Origin: Candidatus Omnitrophota bacterium
GTDB lineage: Bacteria; Omnitrophota; Gorgyraeia; Zapsychrales; JANLHA01
Reading direction: 5' to 3'
Length of the DNA stretch: 64,000 bases
NCBI GenBank assembly: GCA_023247795.1
Contig: JAHFFT010000006.1
Location: 4,664-68,663 of the forward strand
Shown in pieces: positions 1 through 8,887 of the stretch. How positions within the stretch are numbered: the stretch's first letter is position 1; every line of letters begins with the position of its first letter. Under the pieces are notes generated by a model. That model did no database searches. It had not been told where the DNA came from and saw only the letters and a program-made list of their open reading frames with translations. A program made the translations under genes and the position numbers.

Positions 1-957
1 AAATCCGCGCACCCGCAAGAGCCCGTGCAAGACTCCGGCCTTCTCCCGACGGTAAACCGTGCCCAGTTCAAAAAACCGAACCGGCAAATCTCGATAAGAA
101 CGGATGGATGAATTATAAATCAACATATGCCCCGGACAGTTCATCGGCTTGACCGCATATTCCTCTTCATCGACGGAAAAATAATACATGTTTTCACGAT
201 AATGCTCGGCGTGCCCGCTTTTTTCCCAGAGCTTGCCTTTCAAAATGTGCGGCGTCATCACCAATTCATAACCGCGCTTGATGTTCTGCTCGCGGATGTA
301 ATCTTCGATTGTCTTACGCAGCATCGCACCCTTGGGATGATAAAACACCAAGCCTGCACCAGCGGTTTCGTTATAAGTGTTAAAAAGATCAAGCTGGACC
401 CCGAGCTTGCGATGATCGCGCTTCTTGGCCTCTTCAAGCAGGTCCAAATATTCCTTCATCTCTTCTTTCGAAAAAAACGCGGTGCCGTAAATCCTCTGCA
501 GCATGGGCTGCTTTTCGTCCCCGCGCCAATACGCCCCGGCGACCGATAACAGCTTGAACGCCTTGATCTCGCCGGAACTTTTGACATGCGGGCCCTTACA
601 CAAATCCATCCATTCCTCGCCGGTATGGAAAATGGAGACTTTCTCGTCGGACAACCCTTGGATGATCTCAACTTTGAATCGCTCGCCTTTTTCTTGAAAA
701 AGCTTAACAGCTTCTGCACGCGGCATAAAACTTTGCCGGAACGCGAGGTTGCGGTTGATGATCTTTTGCATCGCCTTCTCAATCTGGCTCAAATCCTCGT
801 CGGAAAATGGCTCTTTGCGATCAAAATCATAATAGAAACCGTTCTCGATCGCCGGACCAATGGTGACCTTGGTCTGCGGCCAGAGTTGTTGCACCGCTTG
901 TGCCATCACATGCGAACAACTGTGCCGTAATTTGTCGATATCGGTTTTATATTCCAT
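1..957 (-). CDS. thrS: threonyl-tRNA synthetase, truncated by window edge (319 codons present; starts at the N2/editing domain, no TGS domain)
   Basis: Minus-strand frame open from 957 to position 1. Translation MEYKTDIDKLRHSCSHVMAQAVQQLWP...RDHRKLGVQLDLF...MNCPGHM...RDLPVRFFELGTVYRREKAGVLHGLLRVRGF matches ThrS signature blocks (HSCAH, DHRKLG, NCPGH, RVRGF). The ORF track missed it because the stop lies outside the window. Confidence 0.85.
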   Translation of the reverse strand, partial: MEYKTDIDKLRHSCSHVMAQAVQQLWPQTKVTIGPAIENGFYYDFDRKEPFSDEDLSQIEKAMQKIINRNLAFRQSFMPRAEAVKLFQEKGERFKVEIIQGLSDEKVSIFHTGEEWMDLCKGPHVKSSGEIKAFKLLSVAGAYWRGDEKQPMLQRIYGTAFFSKEEMKEYLDLLEEAKKRDHRKLGVQLDLFNTYNETAGAGLVFYHPKGAMLRKTIEDYIREQNIKRGYELVMTPHILKGKLWEKSGHAEHYRENMYYFSVDEEEYAVKPMNCPGHMLIYNSSIRSYRDLPVRFFELGTVYRREKAGVLHGLLRVRGF

Positions 958-970
958 GGCTTTAAAAAAC

Positions 971-1048
971 TGGTGGGCGGTACAAGATTCGAACTTGTGA
1001 CCTTCACGATGTCAACGTGACACTCTAACCAACTGAGCTAACCGCCCC
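971..1048 (-). tRNA. tRNA-Val (anticodon GAC)
   Basis: Reverse complement GGGGCGGTTAGCTCAGTTGGTTAGAGTGTCACGTTGACATCGTGAAGGTCACAAGTTCGAATCTTGTACCGCCCACCA folds as a cloverleaf. Anticodon loop is TTGACAT; CCA is encoded. Confidence 0.85.
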
Positions 1049-1070
1049 AATGATTCATCCATCTTTACTA

Positions 1071-1153
1071 TGGGCAAGGTGGGAGTCGAACCCACATGAC
1101 CTTGCAGTCACAGGATTTTAAGTCCTGCGTGTATGCCATTCCACCACTTGCCC
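1071..1153 (-). tRNA. tRNA-Leu (anticodon TAA), long variable arm
   Basis: Reverse complement GGGCAAGTGGTGGAATGGCATACACGCAGGACTTAAAATCCTGTGACTGCAAGGTCATGTGGGTTCGACTCCCACCTTGCCCA. Has a 7-bp acceptor stem, anticodon loop CTTAAAA, a long extra arm and a T-arm GGGTTCGACTCCC. Confidence 0.8.
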
Positions 1154-1195
1154 ACATATCGTTTGATGGGGACTGTCCCGTCACCGTCCTCAAAA

Positions 1196-1267
1196 AGGCG
1201 AGGACCGGAATCGAACCGGTGAATAGTGGTTTTGCAGACCACTGCCTTACCACTTGGCTACCTCGCC
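1196..1267 (-). tRNA. tRNA-Cys (anticodon GCA)
   Basis: Reverse complement GGCGAGGTAGCCAAGTGGTAAGGCAGTGGTCTGCAAAACCACTATTCACCGGTTCGATTCCGGTCCTCGCC. Anticodon loop is CTGCAAA. Confidence 0.85.
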
Positions 1268-1504
1268 AAAAATTTTTAAGACCCTGTGCTGCGTCAAATT
1301 AATTCTTGTCGGTTGACTCCGCACTCCGCTAGGGGGGCAAGCCCCCCTTCGGCGCTCGTTTCACTCGCTGAGCACCCCCCAACCCTGGGGGAAAAATTTT
1401 CCCCCAAACCCCCTTTTAGTACACCGTTGCTATAAAATTTATTTAACGGTGTCCTTGAAGCGCTCTGTATCGAACGGTGGTTAAAATTGCGGAAAATCAA
1501 AGGG

Positions 1505-2047
1505 TCAATATTTTAACGATTGAATGACTTTTACAATCGTCTCGATCGCGGCAAGATGGCCTTTCCCATAATCCCCGCAGGCCAAATCTCCTTCTATCGG
1601 GTCAACAAATTTAACGCCCCGCTCTTTCAATTTCCGACAATTGTCCTGCACCGCCCGATTCTGATACATCGCCTCATTCATCGCCGGCGCTAAAACGATC
1701 GGGGCTCTCGTCGCTAAGGCAATGCAGGTCAACAAATCGTCTGCCAAACCGTTTGCCAACCGGCCAATGATGTTGGCCGTGGCCGGGGCAACAACCAAAA
1801 TATCTGCTTCTTGAGCCAAACGGATATGCAACATCTCACCGGATTCTTCATCCTTAAACATCTCATGATAAACCGGGCGGCCTGATAAACTCGCCAACGT
1901 TAATGGCGTGATGAATTGAGCGGCTCCGTCGGTCATCACGACGGTGACAACGTAATCTTTCTCACGCAAACGGCGCACCAAATCCGCTGACTTATAGGCA
2001 GCGATGCTTCCAGTGACACCCAAAACAATTTTTTTCTGCTGTTTCAT
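1505..2047 (-). CDS. coaC: phosphopantothenoylcysteine decarboxylase-type flavoprotein (CoaC domain only, 180 aa)
   Basis: N-terminus KIVLGVTGSIAAYKSADLVRRL, a PAMN motif and flavoprotein length. Sits in the conserved gmk-rpoZ-coaBC neighbourhood. Confidence 0.75.
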   Translation of the reverse strand: MKQQKKIVLGVTGSIAAYKSADLVRRLREKDYVVTVVMTDGAAQFITPLTLASLSGRPVYHEMFKDEESGEMLHIRLAQEADILVVAPATANIIGRLANGLADDLLTCIALATRAPIVLAPAMNEAMYQNRAVQDNCRKLKERGVKFVDPIEGDLACGDYGKGHLAAIETIVKVIQSLKY

Positions 2048-2057
2048 AAAAACCCGC

Positions 2058-2336
2058 TTATACCGAACTCAACTCCGACTCTTCTTCCGCCGTGCTTTTC
2101 TTCGCTTCTTTTGACTTGGGTTGCGGCTTCAATTGATCGGAAACCTCTTTAAGAACGACCATGCCGGCTTTGATTTCTTCCAGCGCCAGTGTCGCTGTTT
2201 TTGTATTCGCGGGGAGCTCAATCAAAGGCTTCTTGCCGTCTGCTAATTCCATGGCTCGCTGAGAAGCCATGCGGATCAACTTGTAAATGCTCATGCCCGA
2301 TTTGGGCAGTAGTTCTTCGATTGGCGGATAGCCCAT
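2058..2336 (-). CDS. rpoZ: DNA-directed RNA polymerase subunit omega
   Basis: 92 aa with ...SIYKLIRMASQRAMEL..., lying between gmk and coaC. Confidence 0.8.
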   Translation of the reverse strand: MGYPPIEELLPKSGMSIYKLIRMASQRAMELADGKKPLIELPANTKTATLALEEIKAGMVVLKEVSDQLKPQPKSKEAKKSTAEEESELSSV

Positions 2337-2428
2337 ACTTTCCTCCTGAATTAAAACTCGTTGTTATATAAGAAATTAGGAATGATATATATCATACCAC
2401 CCTTTGCTTGTCAACGATTGAATCGGCC

Positions 2429-3001
2429 TTAAACTAAGAGGACTTGCGAAAAAAGCTTTGCCAAACGGCGATAGGCTTTTTCGAGTTGATCATTGATGAT
2501 CACATAATCATAGTGCTGCTGTTCCCTCAACTCCTTCCTGGCGGTTTGCAGACGAATGGATAGATCTTGCGATTTTTCGGTCTTGCGACCTTTAAGCCGT
2601 GTTTGCAAATCACGAAATGTCGGCGTTTTAACAAAAACTTTTAAAACATTTTTATGCTGCCTCATCACCTGCTTGGCGCCCTTCACATCAATGCACAAAA
2701 GGACATTCACCCCACTTTTTAACAATCGGCGGACATTCTGTTTTGGTGTGCCATAATATTGTCCAAACACATTCTGCGATTCCATAAAATGACCGGCGCG
2801 CTTTTTATACTCAAACATCCTTTTGCTGACAAAAAAATAATCATGGCTATGCCGTTCATTTGGCCGACGCTCCCGCGTTGTCACCGATATTGACTTGACC
2901 AAAATCTTGCGGAATTTTCTGCTGGCCAATAGCTTTTTATAAAGCGATGTCTTGCCGGAGCCTGACGGACCGGAAAGAATGACGATCCTTGCTTTGCGCA
3001 T
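2429..3001 (-). CDS. gmk: guanylate kinase
   Basis: P-loop ILSGPSGSGKTSL and GMP-binding block ISVTTRERRPNE...DYFFVS. Confidence 0.9.
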   Translation of the reverse strand: MRKARIVILSGPSGSGKTSLYKKLLASRKFRKILVKSISVTTRERRPNERHSHDYFFVSKRMFEYKKRAGHFMESQNVFGQYYGTPKQNVRRLLKSGVNVLLCIDVKGAKQVMRQHKNVLKVFVKTPTFRDLQTRLKGRKTEKSQDLSIRLQTARKELREQQHYDYVIINDQLEKAYRRLAKLFSQVLLV

Positions 3002-3010
3002 GAAAATTTT

Positions 3011-3832
3011 CTATTCGATGTTTTGGGCCTGCTCGCGCAGTTTTTCGATTTTACTTTTTATGGCGATCACGGCATTGGAGACAAGCTTGTCTTGCAATTT
3101 TGAGCCGATCGTGTTTGTTTCTCGCTGCATCTCCTGGGCGACAAAATCCAACTTCTTCCCAACGCCCATCGCTGTTTTTAACAGCAATTTGAATTCATCA
3201 ATATAATGCGTGAGGCGAGCTCTCTCCTCATTGATGTCTGTTCCTTTTTGAAAAGACAGGAATTCTTCCGTCGACAATTTCTGCTTTTGCTCACGGTGGA
3301 TGACCTTCGAACGGTTATTGATGCTGCGCAATTGTGCTCTCATGCCCAAAAGCACACTGGAAACGTCTTTGAAAAGACTGCGGCCTTCGCTCTTGCGCAT
3401 CGTCAATAGGCTGTTCAACGCCACAAGCAAGGCCTTTTCCATCGCCGGCCAAAGCTCGTCGATATCGATCGATATCTCCTTCGCTTCAACCACCCCCGGC
3501 AGCTTCACGACATCCGTAAACAATAACGTGTCACTGATTCCAAACTCCTGCTTTAAGCCCTTGGCCGCCCGCAAATATTCTTTGATCACGTCTTTATTAA
3601 ACTCCAACTTTTGCAAAGATCTTTCCATGATCTTCAGTGAAATGGTAACGCGGCCCCTTTCAATTTTTTTAGCGACAACTGGGCGCATTTTGTTTTCCAA
3701 GGCCGCGAAACCGATCGGCAAAAAAAAGACCGCATCCAAATAGCGGTGATTTTGACTTTTAACCTCAACCACTCCCTTGACCCTTCCCCAGGAGAACTGG
3801 GAACTACCAAATCCTGTCATCCCATTGATCAT
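3011..3832 (-). CDS. yicC: YicC-family protein (YicC_N + DUF1732)
   Basis: Canonical family start MINGMTGFG. The longer ORF (3011..3919) would overlap ndk by 26 nt, so I place the start at the internal Met (3832). Confidence 0.75.
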   Translation of the reverse strand: MINGMTGFGSSQFSWGRVKGVVEVKSQNHRYLDAVFFLPIGFAALENKMRPVVAKKIERGRVTISLKIMERSLQKLEFNKDVIKEYLRAAKGLKQEFGISDTLLFTDVVKLPGVVEAKEISIDIDELWPAMEKALLVALNSLLTMRKSEGRSLFKDVSSVLLGMRAQLRSINNRSKVIHREQKQKLSTEEFLSFQKGTDINEERARLTHYIDEFKLLLKTAMGVGKKLDFVAQEMQRETNTIGSKLQDKLVSNAVIAIKSKIEKLREQAQNIE

Positions 3833-3893
3833 ATTTTTTTCCTTTAAATGAACGTTTGAATTGCGCGGTACCGCGATCTTCTCAGGAGATTGC

Positions 3894-4394
3894 TCACTTC
3901 CAAACCGCTTTGAACCCATTTTGACTCTTAACTGTTTTTACTGGAAAAATCCTTTCTTCAATTTGATCCGGAAAAAACCAAAGCTTGATCTCACGTTTAG
4001 CCTCTTTCGCGTCAGACGAGACGTGAATAATATTTTCATAGACTCCTTGTTGGGTAATACGACCAAAAGCCCCGCGGATCGAATTGGGATCTGCCTCTTC
4101 CGGATTGGTTGCTCCGGCAACCACCCGGCATTTTCTTACCGCATTGCTTCCCCCATAAATGATGACCAAAACCTTATTTTGTCCGTGATATTTTCCCAGC
4201 AAATAATCAATGACTTGTTGATAAAAGGGTTGGTCTTTGATGTGTTGATAATGCTTTCGCGCCAACTCAAAATTTGTCGCAACCATACGACAGGCAAAAA
4301 TTTTTAAATTTGTTTGGCTGAATTTTGTAAAAATCGGGCCGATCAGATTCTTAATAATACCGTCGGGCTTAATCAATACCAATGCGTATTCCAT
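3894..4394 (-). CDS. ndk: nucleoside-diphosphate kinase-like protein
   Basis: E..LVLIKPDG N-terminus and NIIH-type active-site block ENIIHVSSD. Confidence 0.75.
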   Translation of the reverse strand: MEYALVLIKPDGIIKNLIGPIFTKFSQTNLKIFACRMVATNFELARKHYQHIKDQPFYQQVIDYLLGKYHGQNKVLVIIYGGSNAVRKCRVVAGATNPEEADPNSIRGAFGRITQQGVYENIIHVSSDAKEAKREIKLWFFPDQIEERIFPVKTVKSQNGFKAVWK

Positions 4395-4419
4395 GAGGCG
4401 CTTTTCTCTGTGAAGTCCT

Positions 4420-5289
4420 TTACGCCGGTGTTATCAGTTTAAGAAGCCGCTCAAGATCATCCGCGGAATAATACTCAATGACAATCTTTCCTCTTTTCTT
4501 TTGCGGCTGAATGCGGACCCTTGTTCCCAAAGCTTTTTGCAAATCTTCTTCGATGAACGTTAGATCATGATGTCGTTGTTGAATTTTTAATTCTCTTCTT
4601 TTGACCGCCTCGGGCTTTTTCGTGCGCACAAAATTTTCGACTTCGCGAACCGACATTCCCTTTTCAAGGATATAAAGAAAGGCCTCTCGCTGCTGCGCGA
4701 CATCAAGAATTCCTAAAAGTGCCCGGGCATGCCCCATGGAAAGCTCTCCTCGATAAACGCTTTTTTGGATTTCCTCTGGCAATTTCAATAATCTTATCGC
4801 ATTGGTGATCGTTGAGCCGTCCTTGCCTACCGATTTGGCAATGGCTTCATGGGTCATACCAAATTCCTGAATCAGCCGCTTAAAGGCCAAGGCTTCCTCA
4901 ATGGCATTGAGATCCTCCCTCTGAATGTTCTCAATCAACGCCAAGACAAAGGCCTTTTCATTTGAAACATTCTTGATAATCGCTGGAATTTTTTTCATTG
5001 CCGCTGCTTTTGCTGCCAGCAACCTTCGCTCGCCGGCCACAACCTCAAATCCGCCTTCGATTTCACGCAGCAAAAGCGGTTGTAAAATTCCATTTTCCTT
5101 GATGGATAAAATCAATTCATTGAGTTTGGTTTCATTATAATCGGTACGCGGCTGCAACGAATTTCTACGAATCTTATCCGTGTCAATGAGATGAACCTCT
5201 CCGTCCAAAATTTGTTTATCGCGAGTCCCCAATTCAGCCTTATCCGGGATTAGCGCTGACAATCCTTTTCCTAAAGCTCTTGATTCCAT
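4420..5289 (-). CDS. parB: chromosome partitioning protein ParB
   Basis: ParB box GERRLLAAK and HTH ...IAKSVGKDGSTITNAIRLLKLP. Adjacent to parA near the origin. Confidence 0.9.
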   Translation of the reverse strand: MESRALGKGLSALIPDKAELGTRDKQILDGEVHLIDTDKIRRNSLQPRTDYNETKLNELILSIKENGILQPLLLREIEGGFEVVAGERRLLAAKAAAMKKIPAIIKNVSNEKAFVLALIENIQREDLNAIEEALAFKRLIQEFGMTHEAIAKSVGKDGSTITNAIRLLKLPEEIQKSVYRGELSMGHARALLGILDVAQQREAFLYILEKGMSVREVENFVRTKKPEAVKRRELKIQQRHHDLTFIEEDLQKALGTRVRIQPQKKRGKIVIEYYSADDLERLLKLITPA

Positions 5290-5303
5290 GACTTCTCCTG
5301 CGT

Positions 5304-6167
5304 TTATGCGTTATCGGTTTGTGATTTCATTTGTTCGGTTGGTTCGATTCCTTTTTCATTGGAAATATTTTTTATCCTGTTTAATTCCAATTGTTTACGA
5401 TCTTTCACCTGTTCTCCCAGCAATTCTTTTGCAAGTTCTTCGTACCTTCTTGCTCCGCTGCAAATCGGATCATATAACATAATTGGCTTTCCAAAGCTTG
5501 GCGCCTCACTCAATTTGATATTACGAGGAATAATGGTCTTATAAACTTTTTCCTTGAAATACCCCTTGATTTCATTGATGACCTCAGTTGTCAAATTGGT
5601 ACGAAAATCCGCCATGGTTAGTAAAACTCCTTCAATTTCTAAATCCGTATTCAAACCATCTTTGATCAAATTGATCGTATTCAATAATTGCGAAACACCC
5701 TCAAGCGCATAAAACTCACATTGGATTGGAATAATGATCGACTGGCTTGCAACCAAAGCGTTAAGAGTTAACAAACCCAGCGATGGCGGAGAATCAATGA
5801 AGATATAATCATATTGATCTTTTACCGATGAGAGGGCGCGCTTGAGCCGCGTTTCTCGTGAAAGGGCGCCGACCAATTCAATTTCAGCGCCGGTCAAATT
5901 GATATTGCAGGGAATGATATCGAGATTTTGATAAAAATTTTTTATTATTGCTTCCTCGACGGGAGATTTCTGAAGCAAGACGTCATAAATCGAAATTTTA
6001 ATCTCACCTTTGTTAACACCGGTGCCGCTCGTTGTGTTTCCTTGCGGATCCGTATCTATAACCAAAACCTTTTTATTTTGCTGAGCGACCGCAAATGACA
6101 GATTTACCGCTGTTGTTGTTTTGCCGGTCCCTCCTTTTTGATTACAAATTGAAATGATTCGCGCCAT
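5304..6167 (-). CDS. parA: chromosome partitioning ATPase ParA/Soj
   Basis: Deviant Walker A KGGTGKTTTAVNL and ParA/MinD fold. Confidence 0.9.
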   Translation of the reverse strand: MARIISICNQKGGTGKTTTAVNLSFAVAQQNKKVLVIDTDPQGNTTSGTGVNKGEIKISIYDVLLQKSPVEEAIIKNFYQNLDIIPCNINLTGAEIELVGALSRETRLKRALSSVKDQYDYIFIDSPPSLGLLTLNALVASQSIIIPIQCEFYALEGVSQLLNTINLIKDGLNTDLEIEGVLLTMADFRTNLTTEVINEIKGYFKEKVYKTIIPRNIKLSEAPSFGKPIMLYDPICSGARRYEELAKELLGEQVKDRKQLELNRIKNISNEKGIEPTEQMKSQTDNA

Positions 6168-6256
6168 AATGATTTAATTTTTTATCGCTATTCACGTGAA
6201 ACGCAAATTCTCAAAAGCCATTCTCTCCCATATAATTGCAAAAATCAACAACAATT

Positions 6257-6451
6257 TCAATTTTTAACAACAACTCTGATCTTGGCCGGCTTTGCTCCCT
6301 CCATCCCAAACAAACCTTTTTTCTCTTCGCAGACGACTTTAACTAAAATGTCTTCTCTAGATACCTTTAGAACCTCCAATGCTTTCTTAATGGCGTCTTC
6401 GACATTGAGGCCTTCGATTTCGATTGACTTCTTCTTTCTGTGCCTATCCAT
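6257..6451 (-). CDS. Jag/KhpB N-terminal-domain-only protein (64 aa)
   Basis: IEIEGLNVEDAIKKALEVLKV resembles the Jag_N domain. Overlaps the yidC 3' end by 8 nt, the usual yidC-jag position, but has no KH/R3H domains. Confidence 0.5.
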   Translation of the reverse strand: MDRHRKKKSIEIEGLNVEDAIKKALEVLKVSREDILVKVVCEEKKGLFGMEGAKPAKIRVVVKN

Positions 6452-8093
6452 TTATAACCACCTGCGGCTGTTTGGACATTCTCCACTGTGTCAACGTCGA
6501 CAGCAAATAAAACACCGTAAAGTACAAACACAATCCACTTGCGAATTTGTAAAAAATAAATCCAATAAATACTGGAAATATCGTCATCATCATTTTTTGT
6601 TGGGCGATTTGCGCCGGATCAGTAACGACCATGTTTCTTGCCGACATTTTTTGCTGAAAAAACATAATAAGCATCATTAGCAAAGGTAACAAATTAAGTT
6701 CATTCCCAATAATTGGAAGCATGTAGGGAAGTATGAATAATTGATCCGGCATCGATAAATCCTTAATCCAAAGAAATCCCGCCCCTTTAAAGGAAACTGA
6801 CCTCCATAGCACCTGATATAAACCAATAAAAATCGGCATTTGCAAAATCAGCGGTAAACAGCCTCCTATAGGGTTGATGCGATGCTCTTTGTACAAAGCC
6901 ATCATTTCTTGATTTAATTTTTGCGGATTTGTCTTGTATTTTTCCTTCAATTGAGTCAATTTTGGCTGCAAAGCCTGCATTTTTTTCATTGAAAGCATAC
7001 TCTTTTTTGTTAAAGGATACATGAGAAGATGCAACATTACGCTTACTGAAATGATACAAAACCCCCAACTAGGAACAATTTTATACAGGAAATGCATAAA
7101 TTTATATATAATTTTTGAAACGGCATCAAAAATTCCTATTCCAGAAAACGACATAATAGGTTCAAAGCCTTGATTATACTCTTTCAGTCGTTCGAGGATT
7201 TGCGGACCACAATAAATCGAATAATTTAAAGTGATTTTCCCTCCCGCAGGTATCTCAACTTTTTCACGTGCAAAAGCTAAATCCAATATGTTATCAGCAA
7301 CGTAATGAATTCTGTAATGACTTACTGGCTCCTTTGGGTTAACAATTAAACAGTAATAACGATCCCGAAATCCAAGCCAGTTGACTTCCCCCGAATCCTG
7401 CTTCTCATCCTTTTTAGAAAATCGAAAGGCGTTTCCTTTTCGTATCACACCACTGGCTAGACTAACTGAATATTCAAAAAGGGTGCGCTCTCGAGAATTG
7501 TCCATTCTGGAAATGTCCAATCTGTTATTGTCCATTCTGGTAATGTCCAATCTGGAAATGTCCAATCTGAATCCTTTTATGTGTAAATCAATCAGTTTGG
7601 ACATTTTTGATATGTTTTCGATTTCAATCTCAGATTGGACATTATAATCATCCGTCAAATGATACTTCTTAGATATTTTAATATCATTTTCTTGATACGA
7701 GTAGCTGATTTCTCTATTATCAACTGCTAGGTGATCTAAATGATATTCAACCGAATCATGACCATCCATTGTCAAAATTTCGGTTACAGGCAAACTTGCT
7801 TTATACTCACGCAAATAAATGGATTTGATCGAACCACCCAAATTAGTGAAATCGACGTCATACTTAGCGGTCTGTTCATGCTGGATTGTCTCGGGAGTTT
7901 TTGTAGATTTATCTGCCGCTGCCAACGCCGAATCGCTTTGTGTGACAGCCGTCGTTGATTTGTCTAAACTTTGGGAATTTTTCGGAAGAAAATCAGTAGT
8001 ATTTACGCGGGGTGTCGGCCTTGGCATTAATGTACTCCAAAGCAGTAAGACAAGGAAGGATAGTGTAAAAGCTAATATCAGCCGTTTTTCCAT
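6444..8093 (-). CDS. yidC: membrane protein insertase YidC (carries an in-frame repeat insertion)
   Basis: 549 aa. An N-terminal TM segment and periplasmic domain are followed by a C-terminal core with conserved insertase TM helices (...PLTKKSMLSMKKMQALQPKL...YKEHRINPIGGCLPLILQMPIFIGLYQVL...). Confidence 0.9.
   Translation of the reverse strand: MEKRLILAFTLSFLVLLLWSTLMPRPTPRVNTTDFLPKNSQSLDKSTTAVTQSDSALAAADKSTKTPETIQHEQTAKYDVDFTNLGGSIKSIYLREYKASLPVTEILTMDGHDSVEYHLDHLAVDNREISYSYQENDIKISKKYHLTDDYNVQSEIEIENISKMSKLIDLHIKGFRLDISRLDITRMDNNRLDISRMDNSRERTLFEYSVSLASGVIRKGNAFRFSKKDEKQDSGEVNWLGFRDRYYCLIVNPKEPVSHYRIHYVADNILDLAFAREKVEIPAGGKITLNYSIYCGPQILERLKEYNQGFEPIMSFSGIGIFDAVSKIIYKFMHFLYKIVPSWGFCIISVSVMLHLLMYPLTKKSMLSMKKMQALQPKLTQLKEKYKTNPQKLNQEMMALYKEHRINPIGGCLPLILQMPIFIGLYQVLWRSVSFKGAGFLWIKDLSMPDQLFILPYMLPIIGNELNLLPLLMMLIMFFQQKMSARNMVVTDPAQIAQQKMMMTIFPVFIGFIFYKFASGLCLYFTVFYLLSTLTQWRMSKQPQVVING
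7496..7645. repeat. in-frame minisatellite inside yidC: tandem units AGA(T/A)TGGACA(T/A)T, reverse complement AATGTCCA(A/T)TCTG
   Basis: Four tandem plus two dispersed copies. They encode RLDISRLDITRMDNNRLDISRMDN in YidC. The unit matches, in 12-13 of 13 positions, the CAGAATGGACATT motif that accompanies REP elements elsewhere in the window. Confidence 0.7.
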
Positions 8094-8217
8094 TATTTCA
8101 TTTGCTTTGTAGAAGTAGAAGCGACAGGCAAGTCGCTCTTAATACATGAAGTGTTTCTGCAGTCAGATCTTACAATATATCTCCTGGCCCGAGTGACATA
8201 TTCGTTGTCAGCAACCA

Positions 8218-8355
8218 CTATACAGTTAAGCGGTGCCGGCCTTTTGCTCGACGTCTCTTTAAGACTTCCCGGCCACCAGAAGCTGACATTCTTCGTCGAA
8301 AACCGTGTAATCTTTTGCCTTTTAAGTTGGATTTTGATTTGAGATGCTTCTTCAT
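8218..8355 (-). CDS. rpmH: 50S ribosomal protein L34
   Basis: Manual translation: [45 protein letters not shown] (45 aa). Not in the ORF track because it is under 60 aa. Confidence 0.85.
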   Translation of the reverse strand: MKKHLKSKSNLKGKRLHGFRRRMSASGGREVLKRRRAKGRHRLTV

Positions 8356-8887
8356 AGTTCGCAAATTATAACATAGTCGATAACTCAGTCAAGCTATTTC
8401 CTAATGCATTGCTTAGCAGAGACATAAAAGTCTTTCAAAAAAAAGGAGTTACCAACATTTCGACTCCATATTCTAATTATGGAAAGGCGCCCAACAGAAA
8501 ATTGATTTGCATATTTTAGGTAGTTTGTTATAATGAAAATCCTTTACGAAAAAAAACACATTTCCATAAGATTTGGTTAAATTTTTTCTAATAGCGTTCG
8601 TGTGCATTTCAAAAGTCGTAAAATTCGCATAATTAACAGCTGTGTATAACCTGTGGAATCACACTTCAAAAGCACATAAAACGTTTATTTACAACTGTTT
8701 ACATTTAATTAAGACTGTTGATAACTTTTTTAAAAACACCGTTTTCTTGGAAATCCTATTATCACACGTCCTGCGCCGTAACAATGAACGACGTTAAAAT
8801 ATCCATTGCATTAACGACCACAAACATTTATCATTGACATTACTCAATTTGCTTTCTCAACTTTTATTGCGCGTTAATATCTAAATC
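8356..8887. promoter_or_regulatory. probable oriC / dnaA control region (rpmH|dnaA divergent intergenic)
   Basis: AT-rich 530-bp spacer. One-mismatch DnaA-box variants TGTGTATAA (8641) and TGTTGATAA (8716), plus weaker ones. AT tracts that could be the unwinding element. A sigma70-like TTGCAT-16nt-TATAAT sits at 8504-8535. Gene orientation in the window flips here. Confidence 0.5.

Noticed and set aside
127-930. Track ORFs 127..549(+), 456..782(-), 503..697(+), 586..930(+)
   Set aside because: All lie inside, or antisense to, the long minus-strand thrS frame that runs off the window edge. Their translations have no recognisable motifs, whereas the thrS frame has several synthetase signature blocks.
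1068-1500. Track ORFs 1068..1253(-), 1096..1302(+), 1294..1500(-)
   Set aside because: They overlap three well-formed tRNA genes and a GC-rich hairpin region. They are low-complexity translations of structured RNA sequence.
1300-1500. GC hairpins (GGGGGGCAAGCCCCCC; GGGGGAAAAATTTTCCCCC) as a terminator for the coaC operon
   Set aside because: No convincing U-tract on the correct strand after the stems, so I could not assign a strand or function with confidence.
3833-3919. Longer yicC start (3011..3919) given by the ORF track
   Set aside because: The family-typical MxxxMTGFG start is at the internal Met (3832). The extension would overlap the ndk 3' end by 26 nt and contains no conserved sequence.
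8151-8342. Track ORF 8151..8342(+)
   Set aside because: Antisense to rpmH (8218..8355, minus), whose 45-aa product is a clear L34 sequence.
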